Under the pieces are notes generated by a model. That model worked only from the letters and a program-made list of their open reading frames with translations, was not told the origin of the DNA and searched no databases. A DNA stretch of 64,000 nucleotides from an uncultured Bacilli bacterium. GTDB lineage: Bacteria > Bacillota_I > Bacilli_A > RF39 > UBA660. The stretch lies in the NCBI GenBank assembly GCA_944372055.1, contig CALVYF010000002.1, forward strand, positions 43,628-107,627, read 5' to 3'. This document shows, piece after piece, positions 26,214 to 35,467 of the stretch (position 1 is the stretch's first letter; each line of letters starts with the position of its first letter). Made by a program: the position numbers and the translations under genes.

Positions 26214-26245
26214 TTTAAAGTCGATTAGTTCGACTACTTTCTTTA

Positions 26246-26319
26246 TGGTGCCGAAAGACAGAATTGAACTGTCCGCTGATCCTTACCAAGGATCTGTTTT
26301 ACCACTAAACTATATCGGC
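26246..26319 (-). tRNA. tRNA-Thr (anticodon GGU)
   Basis: Hand-folded cloverleaf: acceptor GCCGATA/TTTCGGC (one T-T mismatch), D arm GTTT/AAAC, anticodon arm GATCC-TTGGTAA-GGATC, T arm GACAG-TTCAATT-CTGTC. CCA is encoded. Confidence 0.85.
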
Positions 26320-26364
26320 ATGTACTACATTTTATCATATTTTTTTTTCTATTTCAATACAAAA

Positions 26365-26439
26365 TGGTGTTCGAGACGGGAGTCGAACCCATATCATCTC
26401 CGTCGGAGGGAGAGATTCTATCCATTGAACTACTCGAAC
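26365..26439 (-). tRNA. tRNA-Arg (anticodon CCG)
   Basis: Hand-folded cloverleaf: acceptor GTTCGAG/CTCGAAC, anticodon arm TCTCC-CTCCGAC-GGAGA, T arm ATGGG-TTCGACT-CCCGT. CCA is encoded. Upstream promoter TTGCGA-17-TATAAT. Confidence 0.85.
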
Positions 26440-26506
26440 AACTATTTTTATTATATATTGTTTTTCTGTATTTCGCAATATAATAAAAGACAAGTTTTTC
26501 TTGCCT

Positions 26507-27391
26507 TTATTTTTTAAATAGTTTCTTTTGATTATACGCACTTTTTAATTTTTGTTGTTGTATTTCTTTTCTTTCTATTATAGATTGATAATCTTCTTTG
26601 GTTATTTCTCCAGTTATATAGCTTAATTTTGCTTCTTTTTTATCTACTTCTATTCTTTTATCATCAGTATCATAATGAAAACTATCAATTTGTTCTGAAG
26701 AATTTATTGGTTTTTCACCATTGGATTGTAATAATTCATTTTGTAGTATGGCTATATTATATTGTGTCCATGAATTTTGATAGTTTAATTGAGCGCTTAA
26801 ATATTCTCTTCTTGTTTTTTCAACTTTTTTGATTCTTGCTTTTGCTTGCTTTGAAAGAGCTTTATTTTCTTCTAATCCTTTCGAATATATTTGAGATTTT
26901 TCAATTCTATCTAGGATTCTTATTTTTTCTCTTAACCCCTTTAAAAATAATTCTTGTAAAAATAGATTACTTATAAATGGATATGGGCTTGATTTTTTTC
27001 TAGCATAAGTTGTTCTAGCTTCTTTTATTAAGTTTAATTCTTCTTTTATAGCACTTAGTTCTACTTTTCTTACTACTTGTTGTAGAAAGGAGTTGTTTGG
27101 TTCCAGCAATACTAAATCGTTTAATCTAAAAAAGATATCCTGAGATGGTAGTTCTTGAAATTCTACTTTATATTTTATTCTTGATGGTAAGCCACTACTA
27201 CGATAATTACTATTTTCTCTGATATATTCTGTCACTTTTTTATTCAGTTCTTTTGTGATGTTTTCTTGGGGTGCTTTAGGAAGCTCATCTGGTAGATCTC
27301 GTTCTATTTGTTCTAACAGTTCTTCTCTTTTCTCTGGGTTATTGTTATATACTAATCTCATTATGTCTGTAATTAATTTTTCATATTTCAT
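26507..27391 (-). CDS. Hypothetical coiled-coil-rich protein
   Basis: 294-aa ORF, highly charged. No motif recognised. Confidence 0.35.
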   Translation of the reverse strand: MKYEKLITDIMRLVYNNNPEKREELLEQIERDLPDELPKAPQENITKELNKKVTEYIRENSNYRSSGLPSRIKYKVEFQELPSQDIFFRLNDLVLLEPNNSFLQQVVRKVELSAIKEELNLIKEARTTYARKKSSPYPFISNLFLQELFLKGLREKIRILDRIEKSQIYSKGLEENKALSKQAKARIKKVEKTRREYLSAQLNYQNSWTQYNIAILQNELLQSNGEKPINSSEQIDSFHYDTDDKRIEVDKKEAKLSYITGEITKEDYQSIIERKEIQQQKLKSAYNQKKLFKK

Positions 27392-27453
27392 TGTTTTATC
27401 CCTCCAGCTGTATATTTATTATATTTTTTGATAAAAAAACTAGATTTCTAGTT

Positions 27454-28026
27454 TTACTCACATTTTGTACCAAATTGTTCTGCAAATTCTAACCAGTCCT
27501 CTAATTTTACTTTTCCATCTTTGATAATATTATCTTCTTCTCCTTCGATTTCTAGGAGTTTCTCTGTATCTATTTTGTTATAGTTGATTACTGTGTCGTT
27601 TGTGACACTATTTTTTGTTCTTACTACACTTGTATCATAGTATTCGAGATTTTCATAATGTTTATATATATTTATGTATGCTGTTTGATATTCATCTAAT
27701 ATATCTTGATTATCTGTAATTACTTCTTCTTTTGAATGTAGTAATTGAAGATATTCTCCTTGATAATATAAGGTATAACTTAGATTTACTTTGGAATTTT
27801 CTTCTCCAGTTGCTTCTCTTGTACAATTCATTTTTTCCATACCTTTTATTTCTTCATCGTTAATTTCTAAGTATCCTTTATCATATGCTTCTGCATTAGC
27901 TGTTGTGCTGTTTGATTGTGTATTTGAGTTTTGTTGTGATGTGGTTTCACTTTTATTACCACAACCGACCAAGATAATTGATATTGAGATTAAAAGTATT
28001 AGACTAATTATCTTTTTTACTTTCAT
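27454..28026 (-). CDS. Lipoprotein (function unknown)
   Basis: Signal peptide with lipobox ILVGCGN. Ser/Thr/Asn-rich linker followed by a globular domain. Confidence 0.6.
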   Translation of the reverse strand: MKVKKIISLILLISISIILVGCGNKSETTSQQNSNTQSNSTTANAEAYDKGYLEINDEEIKGMEKMNCTREATGEENSKVNLSYTLYYQGEYLQLLHSKEEVITDNQDILDEYQTAYINIYKHYENLEYYDTSVVRTKNSVTNDTVINYNKIDTEKLLEIEGEEDNIIKDGKVKLEDWLEFAEQFGTKCE

Positions 28027-28546
28027 TTTTCTTCTCCTCTTCTTCTTTTATATATTTTAATATTTGTCTTTGATTTTTTAAAATTGAATTCATTTGATCG
28101 TGAAGAGATTCGAGAATAAGTTCACTTTTTAAATCGGTTCTATAGTCATTTTGGTTTCTCAAGCTATCTTTTTCTGCTTGGCGATTTTGACTCATCATAA
28201 TGATTGGTGCCTGTAGTGCGGATATACATGATAATACTAAGTTTAGTAAAATAAATGGATAGGGATCAATCGCTTGTTCACTTGTTAAAAGAATGGTGTT
28301 AAATACTATCCATGCTAATAAAAATAGTACAAATATTAATATAAATGTCCAACTACCAGCTACTTCACTTAGCTTGTCAGCAAAGTGGTCACCTCGTGTC
28401 ATTTTTGCTTCTTCTTGTTTATCTACATCAATTGCGATGGGCTGATCGATTAGTAGATTTAATAGTTCTTCTTCATCTTGTTCTTCTAATTCATTATTTC
28501 TAAGTAGCATTTTTACGATATCTTTTTTTGTTCTTCTTCTTTCCAT
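28004..28546 (-). CDS. DUF1003-family membrane protein
   Basis: FADKLSEVAGSWTFILIFVLFLLAWIVFN...DPYPFILLNLVLSCISALQAPIIMMSQNRQ matches the DUF1003 signature. Confidence 0.6.
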   Translation of the reverse strand: MERRRTKKDIVKMLLRNNELEEQDEEELLNLLIDQPIAIDVDKQEEAKMTRGDHFADKLSEVAGSWTFILIFVLFLLAWIVFNTILLTSEQAIDPYPFILLNLVLSCISALQAPIIMMSQNRQAEKDSLRNQNDYRTDLKSELILESLHDQMNSILKNQRQILKYIKEEEEKKNESKKDN

Positions 28547-28571
28547 TTCTTCACCTTTCTAGTATAACATA

Positions 28572-29438
28572 CTATCTTTCTTTTTTTATGATAAACTTTT
28601 TTATTTCTTTCATACATTCTTCTATGGATTCTTCATCTTTACTATTTAAGAAGCCATGGGTTGCAAACTTTATGTTGATTACTTTTGAATTTTTATTCTC
28701 TTGTTTTAATTTGTTTCCTAATTCTATTCCTTCATCTCTTACCGGATCTAAGTCTCCTGTGATAATTAGTGTTGTTGGCCAGGTTTTATAATTTCCTTTT
28801 TTTAATGGTGACTTATAGTCTTTTTTTATATACGTTTTAGCAAATGTTTTTAAATGCGATAGGGTTAATAAGTCCACTTTATTGTTTTGATTTAATGATG
28901 GATATTTTTCTTGATTTTCAAATGTTAAATTCAAAGCTGGATAAAGTAGTATTAGTTTTGATATCATGTTTTTCTTTTCATTTGCAATATTAGCTATAAT
29001 GCTTCCTCCTGTTGAATCTCCTATAACTGTAATTTTATCTTTTTCTATTCCTACTCTATTTAATCCACCTATTAAGTATTGTAGTGTTTTATCACAGGTA
29101 TCTATTGTTTTATTATAGCCGTATTCTGAAGTTAATTCATAATCTAAGGCAATGATAATTGTATCTAGTTCTTTTACTAAGTCTTGACAAACATCACTAT
29201 AATTTTTAATTCCATTTACTATCCATGATTTTCCTGGAATATAAATAATTGCTTTTTCTAGTTTAGATATTTTTTTAGGATAAAATATTCTTAATGGTAC
29301 TAGATTTTCTTCTATTATTATTTTATAGTTTGAAATATTTCTTTTTGATATTGTTGGATGAATGATTTCATATACAGTCCTATATAATTTATACGTATCT
29401 TCTGTACCAAAATCATCTAATATATTCTTTCTGTCCAT
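28572..29438 (-). CDS. Alpha/beta hydrolase (hormone-sensitive-lipase-like esterase)
   Basis: Nucleophile elbow GDSTGGS, with a preceding oxyanion region (YIPGKSW). Confidence 0.65.
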   Translation of the reverse strand: MDRKNILDDFGTEDTYKLYRTVYEIIHPTISKRNISNYKIIIEENLVPLRIFYPKKISKLEKAIIYIPGKSWIVNGIKNYSDVCQDLVKELDTIIIALDYELTSEYGYNKTIDTCDKTLQYLIGGLNRVGIEKDKITVIGDSTGGSIIANIANEKKNMISKLILLYPALNLTFENQEKYPSLNQNNKVDLLTLSHLKTFAKTYIKKDYKSPLKKGNYKTWPTTLIITGDLDPVRDEGIELGNKLKQENKNSKVINIKFATHGFLNSKDEESIEECMKEIKKFIIKKER

Positions 29439-29504
29439 ACTATCACCAGTTTCATGATAACATAAAAAGAAAGTTCTAATCTTGTGAACTTTCTTTATTT
29501 GACA

Positions 29505-30107
29505 CTATTTACCACTGTTTTTTAAATTTTCTTTCATCAAGTTGCCAACAATCTCTTCTAATTTTTTGTTTTCTTGTTCTAGCTCTTTTGTTACTTTGTA
29601 TGGTTTTCCAAAGCGAATTGTTAGATTTTTGCTTCGAAATTTATAGTCTCCTGTGATTCCAAATGGAACAATCGTTGCGTTGGTTTTTTTTGCCATGGAG
29701 ACTGCTCCAAATTTGAATGGAAGTAAAAATTCTTTTGTTTTGTTTCTAGTTCCTTCTGGAAATAAGCCTAGAGCAAAACCTTGGTTTAGAACTTCTAAAG
29801 CTTTTGATGTTGCGTTATCATCTTTTTTGCTTCTATCTACAGGAATACATCCTACCATTTTGAAAAACCAGGCCATTTTTCCATCAAAGTATTCTTTTTT
29901 TGCCATATAATGGATAGGCCTTTTGGTAGAAATGATTGCCAAACATTGATCATATAAATGTTTATGGTTGCCTACAATTAAGATTGGACCTTCTTTTGGT
30001 ATATTTTCTTTTCCAATTACTTTAGGATTATAATATAGTTTAAAAATAGGTGCTAGAATTGGTTTTAATATTTTGTAGGGAAGCATTTTTTCTCTATTTT
30101 TTTTCAT
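29505..30107 (-). CDS. plsC: Lysophospholipid (1-acyl-sn-glycerol-3-phosphate-type) acyltransferase
   Basis: NHKHLYD (HX4D) and FPEGTRN motifs. The track start (30146) is a TTG. I prefer ATG at 30107, but the start is uncertain. Confidence 0.7.
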   Translation of the reverse strand: MKKNREKMLPYKILKPILAPIFKLYYNPKVIGKENIPKEGPILIVGNHKHLYDQCLAIISTKRPIHYMAKKEYFDGKMAWFFKMVGCIPVDRSKKDDNATSKALEVLNQGFALGLFPEGTRNKTKEFLLPFKFGAVSMAKKTNATIVPFGITGDYKFRSKNLTIRFGKPYKVTKELEQENKKLEEIVGNLMKENLKNSGK

Positions 30108-31824
30108 TTTGTTCTCTACTTTCTTCTTGAAGCTTTTTAAAGTCAACTTTTCCGATTAGTGTTTTTGGTAGGCTTTTTCTATATTCAAAATCTGCTGGTA
30201 TGGCATATTTTGCTAGATTCTTTTTACAGTGGTCTTTGATGCTTTTTCTTACGGTTAATGGATTATATCCGTTTTTTAATACAATATAGGCTTTTGGGAC
30301 CTCAATTTTATAGGGATGTGGGATTCCTATGACTGTACATTTTAATACAGCTGGATGTTCTTCTATTACTTGTTCTACATAGGCTGGATAGACATTATAA
30401 CCACTGGAAATGATCATTCTCTTTAGTCGTTGTTTATAGTAGATTACACCATCTTCATCCATCATACCAATATCACCTGTATGTAACCAAATCATACCAT
30501 CTTTATGAATTTGTAACATTTCGTTTGTTTCTTTTTCATTATCTAGGTAACCTGTCATCACTGTTGGTCCACTGATACAGATTTCACCATCTTCTCCATA
30601 TGGAACTTCTTCTTGCGTACCGGGTTTTACAATCTTAATATAGTTACTTGGAAATGGAATACCAATACTTCCAGGTTTGTTGGCCTCTCCAAAGGATAAA
30701 GCAACAGCAGCAAGAGATTCTGTCATACCGTACCCTTGAGATATTGTAATATTTGCCCCATGATTTGATAAATATACGTTAATTCTTCTTTCTAAGGATG
30801 GTGATAGACTATCTCCTCCACTGATAATATATTTTAGCATTCTTAGATTTAGTTTATCATTTTTTGTATTGATTAAAGCTTCATATAATGTTGGAACACC
30901 AAATAATATATTTGGTTTATATTTTTCTATTAATTTATCAAACTTTTTCGCATTAAATTGCGGTATTAATATTACTTCACATCCTAGGTCTAGTGGCGCA
31001 TTAATTGAGACTCCTAAACCAAATCCGTGAAAGATAGGCATAATTGCTAAAACTTTTTCTCCAATATCTATATGCTTAAAGACAATTTTTGCCTGCTCTG
31101 TTAGAGCATTAAAATTACCGTTTGTTAAAATGATTCCTTTTGGACTTCCTGTTGTTCCACCACTATGTAGAATTACCGCAGGGGTATCTTTTGTTGTATG
31201 GTAATCTTCTTTTGCATGATAGTTTAGACCTTTTCTTATAAAGTCTTTCCAGTAGACATATTCTTCACTTCTTTTAGGCTTTTTTACTTTATATCCTTGT
31301 GTTACTTGATATCCAAAAGCTAATAAAAAATTCATAGAGTCACTGGCAGATGTAACAATTGTTTTATATACATCTGTTTCTTTTATAATATTTTTTACTT
31401 TTTCATAGCAGATGTCAATCATGATTAACATGACACTATGTGTTGAAGTTAAATATTCTTTAATTTCTTTTTCTCCTGATAAGGGATGAATCATATTGGC
31501 AATAGCTCCAATTTTATTTACTGCGTAGAAAGCAACTAGCGCTTCTGGAGTATTTGGCATACATATAGTCACCACGTCTCCTCGCCTTATTCCTTGACTA
31601 CGAAAAGCTTTTGCTGCCTGATTTATTTTATGTAGCAGTTCTTTGTAGGTAATTTGTTTCCCGTAGTAGTTTATCGCAATGTTTTTGTCTCTATCTGTAC
31701 TACATTTTTCTAACATTTCATAGATGGAAATATCTTCTACTTTTATTTTTCTTTCTTCTTTTTTATAATATTTTGACCATGGTGTTTTAATCATCTTTTG
31801 TTTTATTAGATTGATTACATTCAT
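30094..31824 (-). CDS. AMP-dependent long-chain acyl-CoA synthetase/ligase
   Basis: AMP-binding motif LHSGGTTGSPKGI, YGMTE and GDIG..DEDG motifs. GGAGGA RBS. Confidence 0.8.
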   Translation of the reverse strand: MNVINLIKQKMIKTPWSKYYKKEERKIKVEDISIYEMLEKCSTDRDKNIAINYYGKQITYKELLHKINQAAKAFRSQGIRRGDVVTICMPNTPEALVAFYAVNKIGAIANMIHPLSGEKEIKEYLTSTHSVMLIMIDICYEKVKNIIKETDVYKTIVTSASDSMNFLLAFGYQVTQGYKVKKPKRSEEYVYWKDFIRKGLNYHAKEDYHTTKDTPAVILHSGGTTGSPKGIILTNGNFNALTEQAKIVFKHIDIGEKVLAIMPIFHGFGLGVSINAPLDLGCEVILIPQFNAKKFDKLIEKYKPNILFGVPTLYEALINTKNDKLNLRMLKYIISGGDSLSPSLERRINVYLSNHGANITISQGYGMTESLAAVALSFGEANKPGSIGIPFPSNYIKIVKPGTQEEVPYGEDGEICISGPTVMTGYLDNEKETNEMLQIHKDGMIWLHTGDIGMMDEDGVIYYKQRLKRMIISSGYNVYPAYVEQVIEEHPAVLKCTVIGIPHPYKIEVPKAYIVLKNGYNPLTVRKSIKDHCKKNLAKYAIPADFEYRKSLPKTLIGKVDFKKLQEESREQNEKK

Positions 31825-32398
31825 AATAGTCCTCCAATTTTTTATCTATTTCTTCTCTTAACATTTGATTTTCTTTTTCTAAGTTGTCAGATATTTTTCT
31901 TGGTTTTAGAAATTCTATTGTTATTTTTGAAGAAAATAATTTATATTTTCCTGTAATAACAAAAGGAACTATTGATGTATTGGTAACATTCGCCATTTTT
32001 ACTGCTCCAATTTTAAATGGTAAAGTTGGAGTTTTCTTTTCTCTATTTATTGTTCCTTCTGGGAAAATACCAATAATATCTTTCTCATTCAATGCTTTTA
32101 TTGCACTTTCTAGAGCTTGGTGATCATGAATTTTACGATTTACTGGGATTGCCCCTACTCCTTTTAAGAAAGGTTTCGTAATTCCTTTAAATAGGGAGTT
32201 TTTTGCTAAAAAGTGAACTTGTTTTGGAATAATAGCAATCAACATAATGGGATCTAGCCACTTTGTGTGATTTCCTGCTAAAACATAGTTTGTATCTATT
32301 GGTAAATTGTTTATTCCTTTGATTTTAGGGCGAAATAAGACTTTAAATAAGACTTTTAAAATTGGTCTTATTATTTTATAGAATATAGTATTATTCAT
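31787..32398 (-). CDS. plsC: Second lysophospholipid acyltransferase paralogue
   Basis: GNHTKWLDP (HX4D) and FPEGTIN motifs. Confidence 0.7.
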   Translation of the reverse strand: MNNTIFYKIIRPILKVLFKVLFRPKIKGINNLPIDTNYVLAGNHTKWLDPIMLIAIIPKQVHFLAKNSLFKGITKPFLKGVGAIPVNRKIHDHQALESAIKALNEKDIIGIFPEGTINREKKTPTLPFKIGAVKMANVTNTSIVPFVITGKYKLFSSKITIEFLKPRKISDNLEKENQMLREEIDKKLEDYYECNQSNKTKDD

Positions 32399-32447
32399 AG
32401 TATCACCTTAATTCATTATATTACAAAAAATGAAAAGAGTAAAATTT

Positions 32448-33164
32448 TTAGTTATCTTTTGAATAAATAAATTCTATTTTACCAGTACCCTTTGTATTTA
32501 AAAGATTATGGTTTTCTAGTTGCCTTTTTACCTCTTTTGCAACTCCTATAGAACCATCTAATAAAGGTACATCTTTAAAGAATTTATGGATCTCATCTTT
32601 AATTAATGGATAATGTGTACAACCTAATACAATAGAATCTATTGGTGTATTTTTGGTTTTTTCTTTTACCTTTTCTAAAATGTCATTTATCTTTTCTTTA
32701 TTTTTTGTCTCTATTGCATTTGCAAGGCCATCACAAGATATTAATATGATTTCTTGATTCCCTTTTCTATTTTCTTCTATTAGCTCTTTTGTTCTTTCAG
32801 AGTCAATCGTAGATGGTGTTGCTAGTACTAGAGTGTGTTTATAGTTATTATCGCAAGCTACTTTGATTGCTGGAACGGTACCTACAAATGGAATATCTTT
32901 GTATTTTTCTTTTAGTTTTTTCATGCAACGTGTTGTTGCAGTATTACAAGCAATTACTATCATTTTACAGTCTTTTTCTTTTAGTAGGAACTCTACGATA
33001 TTTTCTACAATTTTATATATTTCTTCAGGAGACTTTTCTCCGTAGGGATTATTTTTACTATCTGCATAATAGACATAATCTTCTTTTGGAAGAAGTTTTA
33101 TTATTTCGTTTAGTACTGTTGTTCCACCTATTCCTGAGTCTAGGATGCCTATTTTTTTATTCAT
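32448..33164 (-). CDS. murI: Glutamate racemase
   Basis: GILDSGIGG, IACNTA and LGCTHYP motifs. Confidence 0.9.
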   Translation of the reverse strand: MNKKIGILDSGIGGTTVLNEIIKLLPKEDYVYYADSKNNPYGEKSPEEIYKIVENIVEFLLKEKDCKMIVIACNTATTRCMKKLKEKYKDIPFVGTVPAIKVACDNNYKHTLVLATPSTIDSERTKELIEENRKGNQEIILISCDGLANAIETKNKEKINDILEKVKEKTKNTPIDSIVLGCTHYPLIKDEIHKFFKDVPLLDGSIGVAKEVKRQLENHNLLNTKGTGKIEFIYSKDN

Positions 33165-33186
33165 ATGATACTTCCTTTCTAGGCTA

Positions 33187-34119
33187 TTATATCATAAAAG
33201 AAGTTTCGTCTAGAAATTTTATATTCGTTTGATATTTTAATTCTCTGACAAGACGAAATAGCGCTTCGTCTTTTTTCTTGGCTTCTAACATAATATCTAT
33301 ATCTTTATTTTCTTTTTTTAATATGTTTATAAACTTTATAAACTCTTTCACATCAATATAGTCATTATGACTTCGGTATTCTTTTTTTAATTTACTTTTG
33401 GGAGAAGAAAAATGCATTTTAGGAGTTATTTTCCATGTTTTTATAATACTTGGTAATAGTTCTTCTAAGCTTTTGTTGCTAGGATTGCATTGATGATGGT
33501 GATAATCTAAGATTACAGGAATGTTAGTCTTTTCTGATAAAGTTAGACAGTCTTCTACATTAAATGATTTATCATCGTTTTCTATAGCAATAGTTTTTTG
33601 TATAGACTTAGGTAGCTTTTTAAAGTTATTGATAAATCTTGTGATTGCTTTTTCTTTCCCAAATTCCTTACTTCCAATATGAAGGACTAATAGTGGCTCT
33701 TTTATGTCTAAAAACATTAATAAATTATAGTGATATTTTAATATATCTATACTTTGGTTTACTACTTCTTTTTTTGTGCTGTTTAGGACACAATATTCAC
33801 TTGGATGAAAATCGACTCGCATATTATTTTTCTTTATTTCTTTTTTTAGGGTGTGATAGATTTTCTTATAGTTATTGTAGTAATTCATATTTACTTCCTT
33901 TTTTGTTGCTAGTGGGATTAAATTGGAAGATATTCTAAAGAAATGAATATTATTTTTGTTGTTATAGATTAATAGTTCTTGTAAATGAAAAAGATTAGAG
34001 GTAATTATCTCCTCTAACTTCTTTTTATTTTGTTCTTTTATATAGTTACTATAGGTATATGTTTTATAATTAGTATTTAGTGTTTCACTAATACATGCGT
34101 ATCCTAATCTAATTTTCAT
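33187..34119 (-). CDS. uvsE: UV DNA damage endonuclease (UvsE/UVDE)
   Basis: MKIRLGYACIS start and a TIM-barrel UVDE pattern (HPSEY, LHIGS, IENDD, LDYHHH). The track ORF extends to 34209, but that overlaps the upstream gene. Confidence 0.75.
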   Translation of the reverse strand: MKIRLGYACISETLNTNYKTYTYSNYIKEQNKKKLEEIITSNLFHLQELLIYNNKNNIHFFRISSNLIPLATKKEVNMNYYNNYKKIYHTLKKEIKKNNMRVDFHPSEYCVLNSTKKEVVNQSIDILKYHYNLLMFLDIKEPLLVLHIGSKEFGKEKAITRFINNFKKLPKSIQKTIAIENDDKSFNVEDCLTLSEKTNIPVILDYHHHQCNPSNKSLEELLPSIIKTWKITPKMHFSSPKSKLKKEYRSHNDYIDVKEFIKFINILKKENKDIDIMLEAKKKDEALFRLVRELKYQTNIKFLDETSFMI

Positions 34120-34156
34120 AGTATCACCAGTATTAGTATTTCTCTTTTTGAAACTA

Positions 34157-34667
34157 TTATTTAGGTTTTTTGACATTATAATATTCGTTGTAGGCTTCGT
34201 GATTTCCATTTTGATAATAATCTATTGCTAGAGAAAGCACTGGACTATGTTTAAACTCTTTGATTATTTTGTCAATTTCTTGTTTCGTTAATTTATATCC
34301 TTGTACAAAACGGAGAAGAGAAAAATCTCCTTGGCTTAACATATGATTTAGTATTTCTTCTCTAGTCATGATATGATTTATTGTTAATTCTCTTGCCGCA
34401 CTGATATCATAGTATCCATTATATTCGTCATCAAAAGTAATGATTTCTTTTCCGGCTGTTACTCTAGCAATTTTTATTTCTTCTAACATTCCATTTACAT
34501 AGCGCAATGTATCTTCTAAATATGGTGTATAGTGAAATCCGGTACCCTTTGTTCTTTTTGTTAATATCATGTTATCTGGAATGCTATATGTTTTACCTTC
34601 TTCAAATTGTAACCCATATTTGATTAGTCATGTTTTTATTGAATGCTTTAAATCCTTGTTTTTGCAT
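34157..34667 (-). pseudogene. Conserved hypothetical gene, apparently frameshifted near its 5' end
   Basis: ATG at 34667 (RBS AAGGGA) gives MQKQGFKAFNKNMTNQIWVTI*. The adjacent frame continues as KYGLQFEEGKTYSIPDNMILTKRTKGTGFHYTP..., joining the 137-aa track ORF. Together they reproduce a GFKAF-x-MT...Y..G(K)TY...GFH pattern I recall from a family of uncharacterised proteins. Confidence 0.35.
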
Positions 34668-34675
34668 GTTATCCC

Positions 34676-35467
34676 TTATTTCAAAAATTTGTTGTTGATT
34701 TTATTTATAAAGTTGTATTCTTTTTTTCTAAAAACTTTGATTGTTCTTCCTTCTATTTTAACACTTACTTCTTCTACGTTTTTGTATTCATTATTGTCTC
34801 CATCAATTGTAATTAATAAATCTTTTGTTCTATTTTCTGGAGTTGCACTAATTTCTTTATTACTTGGAATAATAACTGAATTTAATAGATTACGATATGA
34901 TTTATTATTTAATGGTGCAATTGGTGTAATTTGAAGTGTATGAAAAGTATTATAGACGATACTTCCACCAAAGCTTAAGTTGTATGCAGTAGAACCAAAG
35001 GATGTTGATATTAAAATACCATCTCCTACATAATTTTCTAAAAGTTCTTTTTCTACCATTAATTTTAAATTTACTGTGTTTAAATCTATGTCTCGAATTA
35101 CAATTTCATTTAATGCTAATTGTTTTGATATACTATCTGGTGTTTTTATTTCAATTTCTGCAATGCCAATTTCTTCTATTTTGTAGTTTCCTTGTTCTAA
35201 ACTTTTAATAAATTCATTAATTTCATCTAGATTTATCTCTTGTGCAAATCCTAATGTTCCAGCGTTAATTCCTACATAAATGCATTCCTCATTGAAAGCT
35301 GTCTCTTTTACCATTCTTAGAAAAGAACCATCTCCTCCAATGGCGATGGCTATTTCATAATCTTCTTCGACGATTTTAAAGTTTTTCTTTTCTAATTTTT
35401 CTTTTATTGTTTTTGCAACTTCTAATGACTTTTCATTGTTATTTACAAATAATTTTACTTTTTTCAT
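34676..35467 (-). CDS. nadK: NAD kinase
   Basis: AIGGDGSFLR and the downstream STSFGSTAYNLSFGG motif. Confidence 0.9.
   Translation of the reverse strand: MKKVKLFVNNNEKSLEVAKTIKEKLEKKNFKIVEEDYEIAIAIGGDGSFLRMVKETAFNEECIYVGINAGTLGFAQEINLDEINEFIKSLEQGNYKIEEIGIAEIEIKTPDSISKQLALNEIVIRDIDLNTVNLKLMVEKELLENYVGDGILISTSFGSTAYNLSFGGSIVYNTFHTLQITPIAPLNNKSYRNLLNSVIIPSNKEISATPENRTKDLLITIDGDNNEYKNVEEVSVKIEGRTIKVFRKKEYNFINKINNKFLK

Larger units (their letters stand above)
14958..26245 (-). mobile_element. tRNA-adjacent accessory island: phage-derived lysis module + tail-fibre-like gene + RHS toxin + candidate immunity (no integrase or structural phage genes)
   Basis: Bounded by the core ComEC-like/DUF3006 genes on the left and by the 3' end of tRNA-Thr (26246) on the right. 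Gene content is listed separately. I did not see att-type direct repeats by eye. Confidence 0.5.

Noticed and set aside
14830-26320. An intact integrative prophage at tRNA-Thr with attL/attR direct repeats.
   Set aside because: The interval contains no integrase, excisionase or structural/replication genes. By eye I found no repeat of the tRNA-Thr 3' segment near the left boundary (14830-15040). The region is treated as a remnant or domesticated island instead. A computed repeat search could still reveal a short att core.
26245-26541. Track ORFs 26245-26517 (+) and 26335-26541 (-), 90 and 68 aa.
   Set aside because: They run across the two hand-folded tRNA genes (Thr-GGU, Arg-CCG) and their promoter and terminator. 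These are spurious ORFs.
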